In this document: positions 12,109-22,445 of the stretch, piece after piece
Position numbering within the stretch: position 1 is the first letter of the stretch
How the letters are laid out: every line of letters starts with the position of its first letter
Assembly (NCBI GenBank): GCA_047601265.1
Contig: JASGJR010000001.1
Location: 500,802 to 564,801, forward strand
DNA length: 64,000 nucleotides
Direction: 5' to 3'
Source of the DNA: Terricaulis sp.
GTDB taxonomy: Bacteria > Pseudomonadota > Alphaproteobacteria > Caulobacterales > Aquidulcibacteraceae
The notes under the pieces: model-generated
What the model was told of the DNA's origin: nothing
What the model saw: the letters and a program-made list of their open reading frames with translations, nothing else
The model's database searches: none
Made by a program: the position numbers and the translations under genes

Positions 12109-12576
12109 TTAGTCGCCTTCGCGCGTGTCGATGTCGGGGTCTCCCAAACCATTTTCCTTCTCGGACATGAGATCGACGCCAATCTGTTCGGCGCCGTCTT
12201 CGAGATAGTCGCCAAGGAGTGGTTCGCCCATCAGATAGCGCCATGTGGGCGCTTCGGCACGCTCACGGGCGACACGATATGCTTCCTTCCACGACGCATA
12301 ATCGCCGCGTCCCATCCACATGAGCGCGACCAAAGAGGTTTGCGCATCAACGTCCAACTCAGTGATCGCCACGCGCAACTCCCGACCAACGGGGTTGTCG
12401 CCATCATCCTCGATCGCGCTGACGAACCGATCGTCTGCCGCATCGGAAGCATTGTTCGGGTCATCGTCCGGCGTCAGTTGATCGAACGCACGCGCTTTCA
12501 ACACGATGTACGCAAGCGTCTCGCGGTCGATGCCCAAATTAGACGGAGGTTCGGGAAATTCGTCGCGGATTGCCAT
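12109..12576 (-). CDS. DUF3775-like acidic protein
   Basis: 155-aa acidic protein (LAYIVLKARAFD...DDDPNNASD...LVALMWMGRGDY). Its start abuts the stop of the CBS gene (TGAATG), so the two are probably co-transcribed. Confidence 0.55.
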   Translation of the reverse strand: MAIRDEFPEPPSNLGIDRETLAYIVLKARAFDQLTPDDDPNNASDAADDRFVSAIEDDGDNPVGRELRVAITELDVDAQTSLVALMWMGRGDYASWKEAYRVARERAEAPTWRYLMGEPLLGDYLEDGAEQIGVDLMSEKENGLGDPDIDTREGD

Positions 12577-13023
12577 TCACATCCTCGTATCGCTGACTTG
12601 GCTATGTTCGCCGCCTGGACGGGTGATTGCTCCCAGTGCTTCGCCCGCGCTTTCAGTGTCAGCGGAACACGCCAAATCGGCGAGTGACACGATGCCCACA
12701 AGACGCTTGTCGCGGTCGAGTACCGGCAGGCGACGAACTTGAAGGTCGCCCATGTTGCTCGAGACGGCCGCGGCGCTCTCGTCGTTGAAGCAGTAGAGCA
12801 CCTCGTTACTCATCACCTCGCTAACGGCAGCGTCGCCATGCTTACCGAGGGCGACGCCGCGGATGGCGATGTCACGGTCCGTAACCATGCCGGTGAGCCG
12901 GTCACCCTCAGCCACGGGCAGCGCGCCGATATCGGCCTCTGCCATGATCAGGGCTGCGTCCCGAAGGGTGTCGGTCGGGCTCACCGTGCGGACGCTGGGG
13001 GTCATGATGTCTTTGATTTGCAT
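12577..13023 (-). CDS. CBS-pair domain protein
   Basis: Two CBS repeats are present (IMTPSVRTV...GALPV; VMSNEVLYC...RRLPVLD...LVGIVSLADL). Confidence 0.85.
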   Translation of the reverse strand: MQIKDIMTPSVRTVSPTDTLRDAALIMAEADIGALPVAEGDRLTGMVTDRDIAIRGVALGKHGDAAVSEVMSNEVLYCFNDESAAAVSSNMGDLQVRRLPVLDRDKRLVGIVSLADLACSADTESAGEALGAITRPGGEHSQVSDTRM

Positions 13024-13064
13024 GTCTGCCTCCCAATCGGGAAAAAGGCGGTCCCTGGTTCGCC

Positions 13065-13089
13065 AACGCCGCCCCGGGGAGGGAGTTCC
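13065..13089 (-). promoter_or_regulatory. EcfG/SigT-type general-stress ECF sigma promoter (GGAAC-N16-CGTT)
   Basis: The minus strand reads GGAAC-tccctccccggggcgg-CGTT. It lies 41 nt upstream of the CBS gene ATG, with a GGGAGG SD in between. Confidence 0.5.
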
Positions 13090-13184
13090 TGGCCGCGCTG
13101 GACTTGCCGGAAACCGTGCGATCGGGTATCCGCCCCGCTTTCCCGCCGCTGGTCTAGCCGCCGGGACCCAGGAGTTTTCCGGCC

Positions 13185-13367
13185 ATGGCCGTTCCGAAGC
13201 GAAAAACCACCCCCTCGAAGCGGGGCATGCGCCGCTCGCACGACAAGCTGAAGAAGAACACTTACGTCGAGGATTCGGAGTCCGGCGAACTGCGCCGTCC
13301 GCACCACATCGACCTGAAGACCGGCCGGTATCGCGGCAAGCAAGTGCTCAAAGCCAAGGAAGACTGA
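13185..13367 (+). CDS. rpmF: 50S ribosomal protein L32
   Basis: [20 protein letters not shown] is the canonical L32 N-terminus. Confidence 0.95.
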   Translation: MAVPKRKTTPSKRGMRRSHDKLKKNTYVEDSESGELRRPHHIDLKTGRYRGKQVLKAKED

Positions 13368-13371
13368 GCTC

Positions 13372-13908
13372 ATGAAGCGCGCGGTTCTTTTCTGCGCGCT
13401 TCTCGCGCTCAGCGCTTGTCAGTGGGACCCGCCGCATCAAGGCGCGCGGGACGGCGGCGTGCCAGCGCTAGAGGTTGGCGGCTACGGGCCGCTGCATATC
13501 GGCATGTCGCTGCAGGACGCTCGCGCTTCCACTGGACAAGCCATGAACTCCGCCGCGTTTGGCGACGAGAGCACTTGCGTGGAAGAGCCGTTTTACGCCG
13601 CTGATGGCGACACGCTCTACGCGATGTTCGAACATGGCCGGCTAACCCGCATCACGGTCAATAATCAAGCGATGCACACGCGCACCGTGCAAAATATCGG
13701 CGTCGGCTCAAAGGAAGAGGAAGTGCGGACGGCGTACACGAACGTCGTTCTCGCGCCGCGTCTAGCTACTGATCCATCGGCGCGTAGCCTGGTGGTGTGG
13801 ACCGAACCCAGCAAGTCGGGCTTGCGATTTGAGATCGACGGCGGCGGACAAGTGATGTCGATCCACGCCGGCGCCGCCTCGATCATGGATGTTCAGGGCT
13901 GCGCATAG
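13372..13908 (+). CDS. hypothetical lipoprotein
   Basis: Lipobox LALSAC is present. The gene starts 4 nt after rpmF. No family was recognised. Confidence 0.5.
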   Translation: MKRAVLFCALLALSACQWDPPHQGARDGGVPALEVGGYGPLHIGMSLQDARASTGQAMNSAAFGDESTCVEEPFYAADGDTLYAMFEHGRLTRITVNNQAMHTRTVQNIGVGSKEEEVRTAYTNVVLAPRLATDPSARSLVVWTEPSKSGLRFEIDGGGQVMSIHAGAASIMDVQGCA

Positions 13909-14047
13909 CGTGCCGCAGCGCACAATGACTGCCCGCTGCCTCACCCCACCGCTAGAAATGAAACGGAACTGTTGTTGACAGTTCCCCCCTTCCTCCCATG
14001 ATCGGAACACGCGGCGCGGGAGAAAAGCCGCTCACGGGGGAAGTTAA

Positions 14048-15199
14048 ATGCGGATTTTTGGTGCAGCGATCCTTGCGATCGCTTTGGCGGGTTGCGCCAC
14101 GTCTACGCCGGTGCCGTCCATGCGGCCGATGTCCCAAGACTACATCAACTCCGTAGGGCCCACCGCCGTCGATATTTCCGAAAACAACAACGGCGTGGAG
14201 AAGAGCTGGTTTTTCACGAGCACGCAAAGCGCTGGCGCCGCGTACGGTCTAATCGGCGCGCTCGTCAGCGGCGTGATGGACGCTATCATCAACGCAGGCC
14301 CGTCCTACCGCGCACACAAAGCCGCCGATGAGATGTCGCGCCTTATCTCGGTGGACGATTTGAATTCGTCGCTGGCGACACACTTCCGCGCGCAGATGCC
14401 GACTGCTGGCGCTACGCCACAGGCTGGCGTTTCTTTCGAGACCGTCAGCACCGAGCAACGCGTCAACGTCCGCGGTGGCGCGCCAAATGACGCAATCTTG
14501 GTGACGACGTCCTACACGCTCTCGGAAGACGCTTCGACGCTCCGCGTCATCGCGTTTGCCAGCTACCGAAGCGACCAAACACCGTACCACACGCCGTACA
14601 CATTCAAGGGATCGGTGCCACGCGATCAGACTACCGGACCCGCGTATAGCAACACGTTCACCTACTATTCCACCCAGTTGCCGATCCCCACGCTGACGCC
14701 TGAACTACAGGACCGTCTTGTCGCCTCGATTGAGAACAGCGCACGTGAAGCCAATGGCGGCGAACTGCCGGCGGAAAACAGCAATGAGTGGAAATCGATG
14801 ATGCGCGAAGAGACCAATGCGCGCGACAATAACCTCACCAAAGACGAGATCGCCATTTTCCTCACCCGCGAATGGTTGAAGGACAACGGCGCGTTGCTGC
14901 GTCACGAAGTCGATTTGGCGCACGATTTTATCGCACGCTACGTGCTGCTGGATATGAACCGCGCAACGGTTCCAACGATCGACGGACAAGACGAACTCCT
15001 GGAAACGACCGCCGATGAGCGCACCGTGCGCCGCATCGGCGGCGGCTCCGCCGCGGGCAGCTACGTCTCGTCGGCCGGCAACGTCACGTCGTTCGCCAGC
15101 TATGGCAACGTGACGGCGATTTCGCAGTCCAATAGCGACCGGATCAACTCCATCCGGTCGTCTGGCCGCCGTGGGACGGCCGCAGCACCGGCTCACTGA
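14048..15199 (+). CDS. hypothetical lipoprotein (383 aa)
   Basis: Lipobox IALAGC is present and third-position GC is good. No family was recognised. Confidence 0.5.
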   Translation: MRIFGAAILAIALAGCATSTPVPSMRPMSQDYINSVGPTAVDISENNNGVEKSWFFTSTQSAGAAYGLIGALVSGVMDAIINAGPSYRAHKAADEMSRLISVDDLNSSLATHFRAQMPTAGATPQAGVSFETVSTEQRVNVRGGAPNDAILVTTSYTLSEDASTLRVIAFASYRSDQTPYHTPYTFKGSVPRDQTTGPAYSNTFTYYSTQLPIPTLTPELQDRLVASIENSAREANGGELPAENSNEWKSMMREETNARDNNLTKDEIAIFLTREWLKDNGALLRHEVDLAHDFIARYVLLDMNRATVPTIDGQDELLETTADERTVRRIGGGSAAGSYVSSAGNVTSFASYGNVTAISQSNSDRINSIRSSGRRGTAAAPAH

Positions 15200-15206
15200 C
15201 GTGACG

Positions 15207-15680
15207 ATGCCGCATAAAATCAGGAAACTGGCGGCGTGGGTGCTTTGTGCGTCCACGCTCGCCGCGTGCGCGACCCCGATCACTTACGGAGCGCTATCGG
15301 CTGGCAATGGTTACGGCTATCGCGACACGCACAATGCCGATGGAAGCTACACGATCCTCGTGGTTGCCCCGAACGACGCCATGGCGCGCGAGTTCTGGGA
15401 TAAGCGGGCACAAGAACTGTGCGGCGGCACTGACTTTCATAAGAACATCTTCCGGGCCGAGGTGCCCGTGGTGATGTCGCAAGGCTACGCCCCGAGCGCT
15501 TATCCGGGCGGCTACGGTGGTTCGTACACCTCATGGGCGCACGGTGCGTTCAACATGGAAGGCTATCTGCATTGCAACGCCGTGGCCAACGATGCAACGC
15601 CGGCTCAGGTCAGCGACCAGGCTGCACCGGCAACGCCGGCCGCCAACGCGACGACACCGCCGAGCGCCGCGACGCCTTAG
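15207..15680 (+). CDS. hypothetical lipoprotein (157 aa)
   Basis: ATG 15207 gives MPHKIRKLAAWVLCASTLAAC (lipobox). It lies 7 nt after the upstream stop, so the two lipoprotein genes likely form an operon. Confidence 0.5.
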   Translation: MPHKIRKLAAWVLCASTLAACATPITYGALSAGNGYGYRDTHNADGSYTILVVAPNDAMAREFWDKRAQELCGGTDFHKNIFRAEVPVVMSQGYAPSAYPGGYGGSYTSWAHGAFNMEGYLHCNAVANDATPAQVSDQAAPATPAANATTPPSAATP

Positions 15681-15687
15681 TTCTTAC

Positions 15688-15720
15688 GTGTCCGGACGCG
15701 ATATCGTCCCGTCCGGACAC
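15688..15720. repeat. 10-bp perfect inverted repeat GTGTCCGGAC-N13-GTCCGGACAC
   Basis: It begins 8 nt after the lipoprotein stop and ends 69 nt upstream of the RHH gene start. It could be a terminator hairpin or an operator. Confidence 0.4.
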
Positions 15721-15788
15721 GATTTGCCTCGCACGGCGAACGCGGTTCAACTCAAGCCTGAACGCAAGCCCCATGCTTGAGGTCTGAG

Positions 15789-16427
15789 ATGAGTGCGAAG
15801 AAAACCGAAACGCTGGAGATACGTCTCTCTGCCGAAACAAAGACCGCGCTACAAGCAAAGGCGCGCGCCGATGGCACGAGCGTCAGTGAAGTTCTGCGGC
15901 GGCTGATCGAACGCTATCTCAGATCCGAAGCTTCGGGTGTAGAGCATCGGAGAATGATCATGCGTTTGTCCTCGTTTGCCGCAGCTGCGGCAGCTTTGGT
16001 TTTGGGTCTGCTTGCCGTGGCGCCGGCAGCGCACGCGGGCGGGCTAGTGCTGGGACTCACCACGCTGGTGCAGGTCGAAAACGCAAACGCGCGTTTCGTG
16101 CAATCGCAGCAAACAAGCTTGGACCTGCAGTACGGAACCGATGTGATGCTGTGTCTGCCAGCCTCTGGCGCCGCGCCTGCGGCCGCGACTCCCTTGGCAC
16201 ATGGCGGCAGCTGCGATTTCCAAGGCGGTCAAGGGTATACGCTTTCAATCCGCGCTGACGCGGCACCGGATGACAGCGTCATGATCCATGCGCGAGTGTT
16301 GAACACGGCTTCGGCATTGGGTCGCGAGGCGTCGGTTTTGCTGAAGCTCAATTCCTCGGCCGCGCTGCAAGCTTCGACGTCCGCGGGGGAAACGCTGCGC
16401 CTAACGTTCTTTCCACGGAAAGCCTAA
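15789..16427 (+). CDS. ribbon-helix-helix domain protein fused to a TM segment and an extracytoplasmic domain
   Basis: ATG 15789 is preceded by GAGG. TETLEIRLSAETKTALQAKARADGTSVSEVLRRLIERYL matches the RHH (beta-strand plus two helices) pattern. A TM segment (LSSFAAAAAALVLGLLAVAPAA) and ~125 aa follow. Confidence 0.5.
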   Translation: MSAKKTETLEIRLSAETKTALQAKARADGTSVSEVLRRLIERYLRSEASGVEHRRMIMRLSSFAAAAAALVLGLLAVAPAAHAGGLVLGLTTLVQVENANARFVQSQQTSLDLQYGTDVMLCLPASGAAPAAATPLAHGGSCDFQGGQGYTLSIRADAAPDDSVMIHARVLNTASALGREASVLLKLNSSAALQASTSAGETLRLTFFPRKA

Positions 16428-16506
16428 TTAGGCGCCATTCTGCCGACCGAATTGGCAGCGGCAGCGCCTGCGTTCATTTCGGCAAACTTGCTCTGCGTCG
16501 TCGTAG

Positions 16507-19247
<2,741 letters not shown>

Positions 19248-19257
19248 GCCTTCCACT

Positions 19258-19282
19258 GGAACGGCGCATTTCTTCGTGCGTT
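19258..19282 (+). promoter_or_regulatory. EcfG/SigT-type promoter (GGAAC-N16-CGTT), probably leaderless transcript
   Basis: GGAAC-ggcgcatttcttcgtg-CGTT is followed by 8 nt and then ATG 19291. Confidence 0.55.
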
Positions 19283-19290
19283 GCCGATCA

Positions 19291-19443
19291 ATGGCAAGCA
19301 TCCTTTCCCACGACGTCAACGTCCCGGCTGACTCCGCTGCCGCTCGCGGCAACGGTTATCTGTTTCCGCTCGTTGGTTCTCTTGTTTTGACGTTCGCCTG
19401 GGGCGCTTACGCCATCTGGGACGCGCTCGAGATCCTGGCGTAG
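19291..19443 (+). CDS. small hypothetical membrane protein (50 aa)
   Basis: MASILSHDVNVPADSAAARGNGYLFPLVGSLVLTFAWGAYAIWDALEILA has one C-terminal hydrophobic helix. The call is supported mainly by the stress-promoter motif immediately upstream. Confidence 0.4.
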   Translation: MASILSHDVNVPADSAAARGNGYLFPLVGSLVLTFAWGAYAIWDALEILA

Positions 19444-19482
19444 CATTGACGGACGCGACGCCTGGCGGAATGCTGAGGCGTC

Positions 19483-19785
19483 ATGTCTCAAGCTCCGCCA
19501 CCGGAAGCGCTCGCCGAACTGAGCGACCTACGCGGCAGTATCGATAATATCGATGCTGCGCTCATCCACATTCTGGCCGAGCGATTCAAATGCACGCAAC
19601 GCGTTGGCGCGCTAAAAGCGCGTCACAACATGCCGAGCGCCGACCCCGCTCGGGAGTCGCAGCAGATCGCGAGGCTGCGCGCGCTTTCGGTTGAAGCACG
19701 CATCGACCCGGATTTTTCCGAAAAATTCCTCAACTTCATCATCACCGAAGTGATCCGGCACCACGAGGCGATCAAACGCGGCTGA
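19483..19785 (+). CDS. chorismate mutase (AroQ class)
   Basis: LRGSIDNIDAALIHILAERFKCTQRVGALK...DPARE...FLNFIITEVIRHH follows the AroQ helical pattern. Confidence 0.85.
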   Translation: MSQAPPPEALAELSDLRGSIDNIDAALIHILAERFKCTQRVGALKARHNMPSADPARESQQIARLRALSVEARIDPDFSEKFLNFIITEVIRHHEAIKRG

Positions 19786-19838
19786 GCGCGTGCGCCGGCG
19801 TCAGCGCCATGAAGCCGCCGACGCCGCGATGCACGCAC

Positions 19839-20111
19839 CTACCAGCGATGCCAACGGCCGCGCTGCCAGTAGCCGCGCCCCGGATGCGCCGCGCGCCAAC
19901 GGTAGTGCGGATGCGCGCGCACCCAAGCATCGCTCCGTATGACGATGCCAAAGCGTGGCGGATACCGGTACGTGTTGTTCACGCGCCAACACTCGCCCCA
20001 GCGATTGCAGACGACCGCTGCAGACGCGGGAGCGCTCGCCGCGAAAAACGCACCGCCCATCAGCGCGGCGAGCACCGCGCCCTTGACCACATTCGCCTTT
20101 GTGAAGGTCAT
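19839..20111 (-). CDS. small secreted Trp/Arg/His-rich protein (90 aa)
   Basis: ATG 20111 is preceded by AAGGAGA. A signal peptide (...FFAASAPASA) is present. The mature part contains CNRWGECW and GRGYWQRGRWHRW. No family was recognised. Confidence 0.5.
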   Translation of the reverse strand: MTFTKANVVKGAVLAALMGGAFFAASAPASAAVVCNRWGECWRVNNTYRYPPRFGIVIRSDAWVRAHPHYRWRAAHPGRGYWQRGRWHRW

Positions 20112-20148
20112 CGGATTTCTCCTTGGAAAAATCCCCCATCGCCGCTTT

Positions 20149-20174
20149 AACGACACCGCCGTAATCATCGTTCC
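20149..20174 (-). promoter_or_regulatory. EcfG/SigT-type promoter (GGAAC-N17-CGTT)
   Basis: The minus strand reads GGAAC-gatgattacggcggtgt-CGTT, 37 nt upstream of ATG 20111. Confidence 0.5.
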
Positions 20175-20225
20175 AGGCGAACCTGCGAAGCACCTGTGCG
20201 CAAACTTACAAGTGCGTCAGCAAGA

Positions 20226-20414
20226 TCAGGAGCGGCGCGCGGCGTCGATGTGCGCGCGGCGGATCACACCAGGCATGGCGCGCCGGAGATCGAGATTGTC
20301 CGCATCCTGCGGATCGTACAATTCCGTATCGAAATTCTCGGCGCCGCCGTCGGCGGCATGCTCGGCGATCTCGTCCAACGGGACGCGCGGCTCAGTTTTC
20401 TTTTGGTTTTTCAT
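20226..20414 (-). CDS. small acidic hypothetical protein (62 aa)
   Basis: Sequence MKNQKKTEPRVPLDEIAEHAADGGAENFDTELYDPQDADNLDL... ATG 20414 lies 8 nt after a stress-promoter -10 element. Confidence 0.4.
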   Translation of the reverse strand: MKNQKKTEPRVPLDEIAEHAADGGAENFDTELYDPQDADNLDLRRAMPGVIRRAHIDAARRS

Positions 20415-20422
20415 GGCGTGCA

Positions 20423-20447
20423 AACGTCAGGTGGAGTGCGTCGTTCC
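20423..20447 (-). promoter_or_regulatory. EcfG/SigT-type promoter (GGAAC-N16-CGTT), probably leaderless transcript
   Basis: The minus strand reads GGAAC-gacgcactccacctga-CGTT, followed by 8 nt and then ATG 20414. Confidence 0.55.
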
Positions 20448-20464
20448 GGCTCACAACCGGCGCG

Positions 20465-20686
20465 ATGGTCGCACCGGGGCAGTTCGCGCGCGATCGTGCG
20501 CAACTGGAAGTGCTGTCGCGGGAGCTCGGCGCGATGCGCTACGCTAACGACGTGCTTGCCGCGCTGGACACCACCGCACCCGGCTGGTCAGCGCGGTTCG
20601 ATGCCGTTGTCGCGCGCATCGCGCCACGCGAACGGTGGACCTACTTCAACGAAGCGACCCTACGTGGGGCCCTGACCACACGCTAA
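20465..20686 (+). CDS. hypothetical protein (73 aa)
   Basis: ATG start and high third-position GC. No family was recognised. Confidence 0.35.
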   Translation: MVAPGQFARDRAQLEVLSRELGAMRYANDVLAALDTTAPGWSARFDAVVARIAPRERWTYFNEATLRGALTTR

Positions 20687-20860
20687 AGCGCTCGAATTCA
20701 CGCTCCCAGCGGCAAATTCCGAAAATATTCTTGCAGAGGCCGCGCGCTAACAAGAGCCGGGGTACGCGCCAGCACCACAACACAAGTATTGGTGCATACC
20801 GTGCTAACCACTCGATTCCAGGCCTCTTTTTGTTCACGAGAACAAATCAAGAATAATTTT

Positions 20861-20875
20861 GAATCGATACGATTC
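20861..20875. promoter_or_regulatory. palindrome GAATCGATACGATTC carrying two GANTC (CcrM-type) methylation sites
   Basis: Perfect 6-bp arms (GAATCG/CGATTC). It sits inside a visibly AT-richer spacer, 48 nt upstream of ftsB. Confidence 0.3.
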
Positions 20876-20922
20876 TTTAACCAGTTAGATGCAGCGTCCG
20901 CCGCCGAATTTAGGGTAGGACG

Positions 20923-21222
20923 ATGGCGAACAAGGGGTCCACTGGGGTGATGGTCGTGCTCGGCGCGGCCATTTTGTACCTCGGCGCGAACGCAGTGACC
21001 GGCCACCAAGGCCTACTTTCGTATGTCGATCTGCAAGCGCGTGAACATCAACTGGAAGATCGCCTCGCGACGCTGAAACAACAGCGTGCGCAGTTGGAAG
21101 CGCGCGCAGCGCGTCTAAAGCCGGGCTCCCTTGACCTCGACTATTTGGATGAACGCGCGCGCGTGGAACTGGCCGCGGGTGACGCTGGAGAGATTGTCTT
21201 CGCGCTGCCGTCGACCCGCTGA
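20923..21222 (+). CDS. ftsB: septum formation initiator FtsB/DivIC family
   Basis: N-terminal TM (VMVVLGAAILYLGANAV), coiled coil (LQAREHQLEDRLATLKQQRAQLEARAARL) and the motif DLDYLDERAR are present. It is positioned upstream of pdhA, as in other alphaproteobacteria. Confidence 0.8.
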   Translation: MANKGSTGVMVVLGAAILYLGANAVTGHQGLLSYVDLQAREHQLEDRLATLKQQRAQLEARAARLKPGSLDLDYLDERARVELAAGDAGEIVFALPSTR

Positions 21223-21232
21223 GATCGAACAA

Positions 21233-21257
21233 AACCTTCCCTTGCGCGGGGAAGGTT
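21233..21257 (+). terminator. hairpin AACCTTCCC-ttgcgcg-GGGAAGGTT downstream of ftsB
   Basis: 9-bp perfect stem starting 11 nt after the ftsB stop. The T-run (cacttttt) is 10 nt away, so this is not a textbook intrinsic terminator. Confidence 0.35.
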
Positions 21258-21434
21258 GGGGGCGTCACTTTTTCCCCGGTGGCCCCCCACCCCTTTTGAG
21301 CGCTTGGTCTTCCCGGCATTTGCAGCATCGCAAAGCTCGCTGGCGAGCGTGGCCAATCCCGCATAAGAGGGACGCGCCGCCGCGTGTGGACCTAAGCGTC
21401 AGTCTCAGGCTTTACGTAGCGGTGGAGGACGAAG

Positions 21435-22442
21435 ATGGCTGAAGCCACCGCGAAGCCGAACGGCGCGCACACGACCGAAGCGAGCAAAGACGAACTGCTC
21501 CGCTACTACCGCGACATGCTGTTGATCCGGCGCTTTGAAGAACGCGCGGGCCAACTCTACGGCATGGGTCTAATCGGCGGCTTTTGTCACCTCTACATCG
21601 GCCAAGAGGCGGTGGTCGTCGGTTTGCAGTCCGCGTTGAAGGACGGCGACCAAATGATCACCGGCTACCGCGACCACGGACACATGCTTGCGCAGGGCAT
21701 GGACCCAAACGCGATTATGGCGGAACTCACCGGGCGCCGCGATGGGTCGTCGAAGGGCAAGGGCGGCTCGATGCACATGTTCAGCGTTGAGAAAGCTTTC
21801 TACGGCGGTCACGGCATTGTCGGCGCGCAGGTGTCGCTCGGCACTGGCATTGGCTTTGCCAACAACTACCGCAAGGACGGCAAAGTCTGCCTGACCTTCT
21901 TCGGCGACGGCGCGGCTAACCAGGGCCAGGTGTACGAGAGTTTCAACATGGCCGCCCTCTGGAAGCTGCCGGTCGTGTATGTCGTCGAGAACAATCAGTA
22001 TGCGATGGGCACGTCGATCCAGCGCTCGTCATCGGAAACGCATCTCTACAAACGCGGCGTGAGCTTCAACATTCCGGGCGAAGAGGTCGATGGTATGGAT
22101 GTGCTGGCGGTGCGCGACGCGGGGCGCCGCGCCGTCGAGTTCGTGCGCGCCGGCAACGGGCCGATCCTTCTGGAGATGAAGACCTATCGCTACCGCGGTC
22201 ATTCCATGTCGGATCCGGCGAAGTATCGGACCAAGGAAGAAGTCGAAGAAGTGAAATCGCACCGCGATCCAATCGATCACGTGAAGAAGCTGATCACGGA
22301 CGCGGGCTACGGCACTGAAGACGGCCTTAAGGACATCGACCGGGAGATTCGCGACATTGTTGTGAAGTCCGCCGAGTTCTCGCAGTCGAGCCCAGAGCCC
22401 GATCCGCGCGAGCTGATGACGGACATCTATCTAGAGGCGTGA
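21435..22442 (+). CDS. pdhA: pyruvate dehydrogenase E1 alpha subunit
   Basis: Motifs GFCHLYIGQEA, GKGGSMH, GDGAANQGQVYES and YRYRGHSMSDP are present. Confidence 0.95.
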   Translation: MAEATAKPNGAHTTEASKDELLRYYRDMLLIRRFEERAGQLYGMGLIGGFCHLYIGQEAVVVGLQSALKDGDQMITGYRDHGHMLAQGMDPNAIMAELTGRRDGSSKGKGGSMHMFSVEKAFYGGHGIVGAQVSLGTGIGFANNYRKDGKVCLTFFGDGAANQGQVYESFNMAALWKLPVVYVVENNQYAMGTSIQRSSSETHLYKRGVSFNIPGEEVDGMDVLAVRDAGRRAVEFVRAGNGPILLEMKTYRYRGHSMSDPAKYRTKEEVEEVKSHRDPIDHVKKLITDAGYGTEDGLKDIDREIRDIVVKSAEFSQSSPEPDPRELMTDIYLEA

Positions 22443-22445
22443 GCG

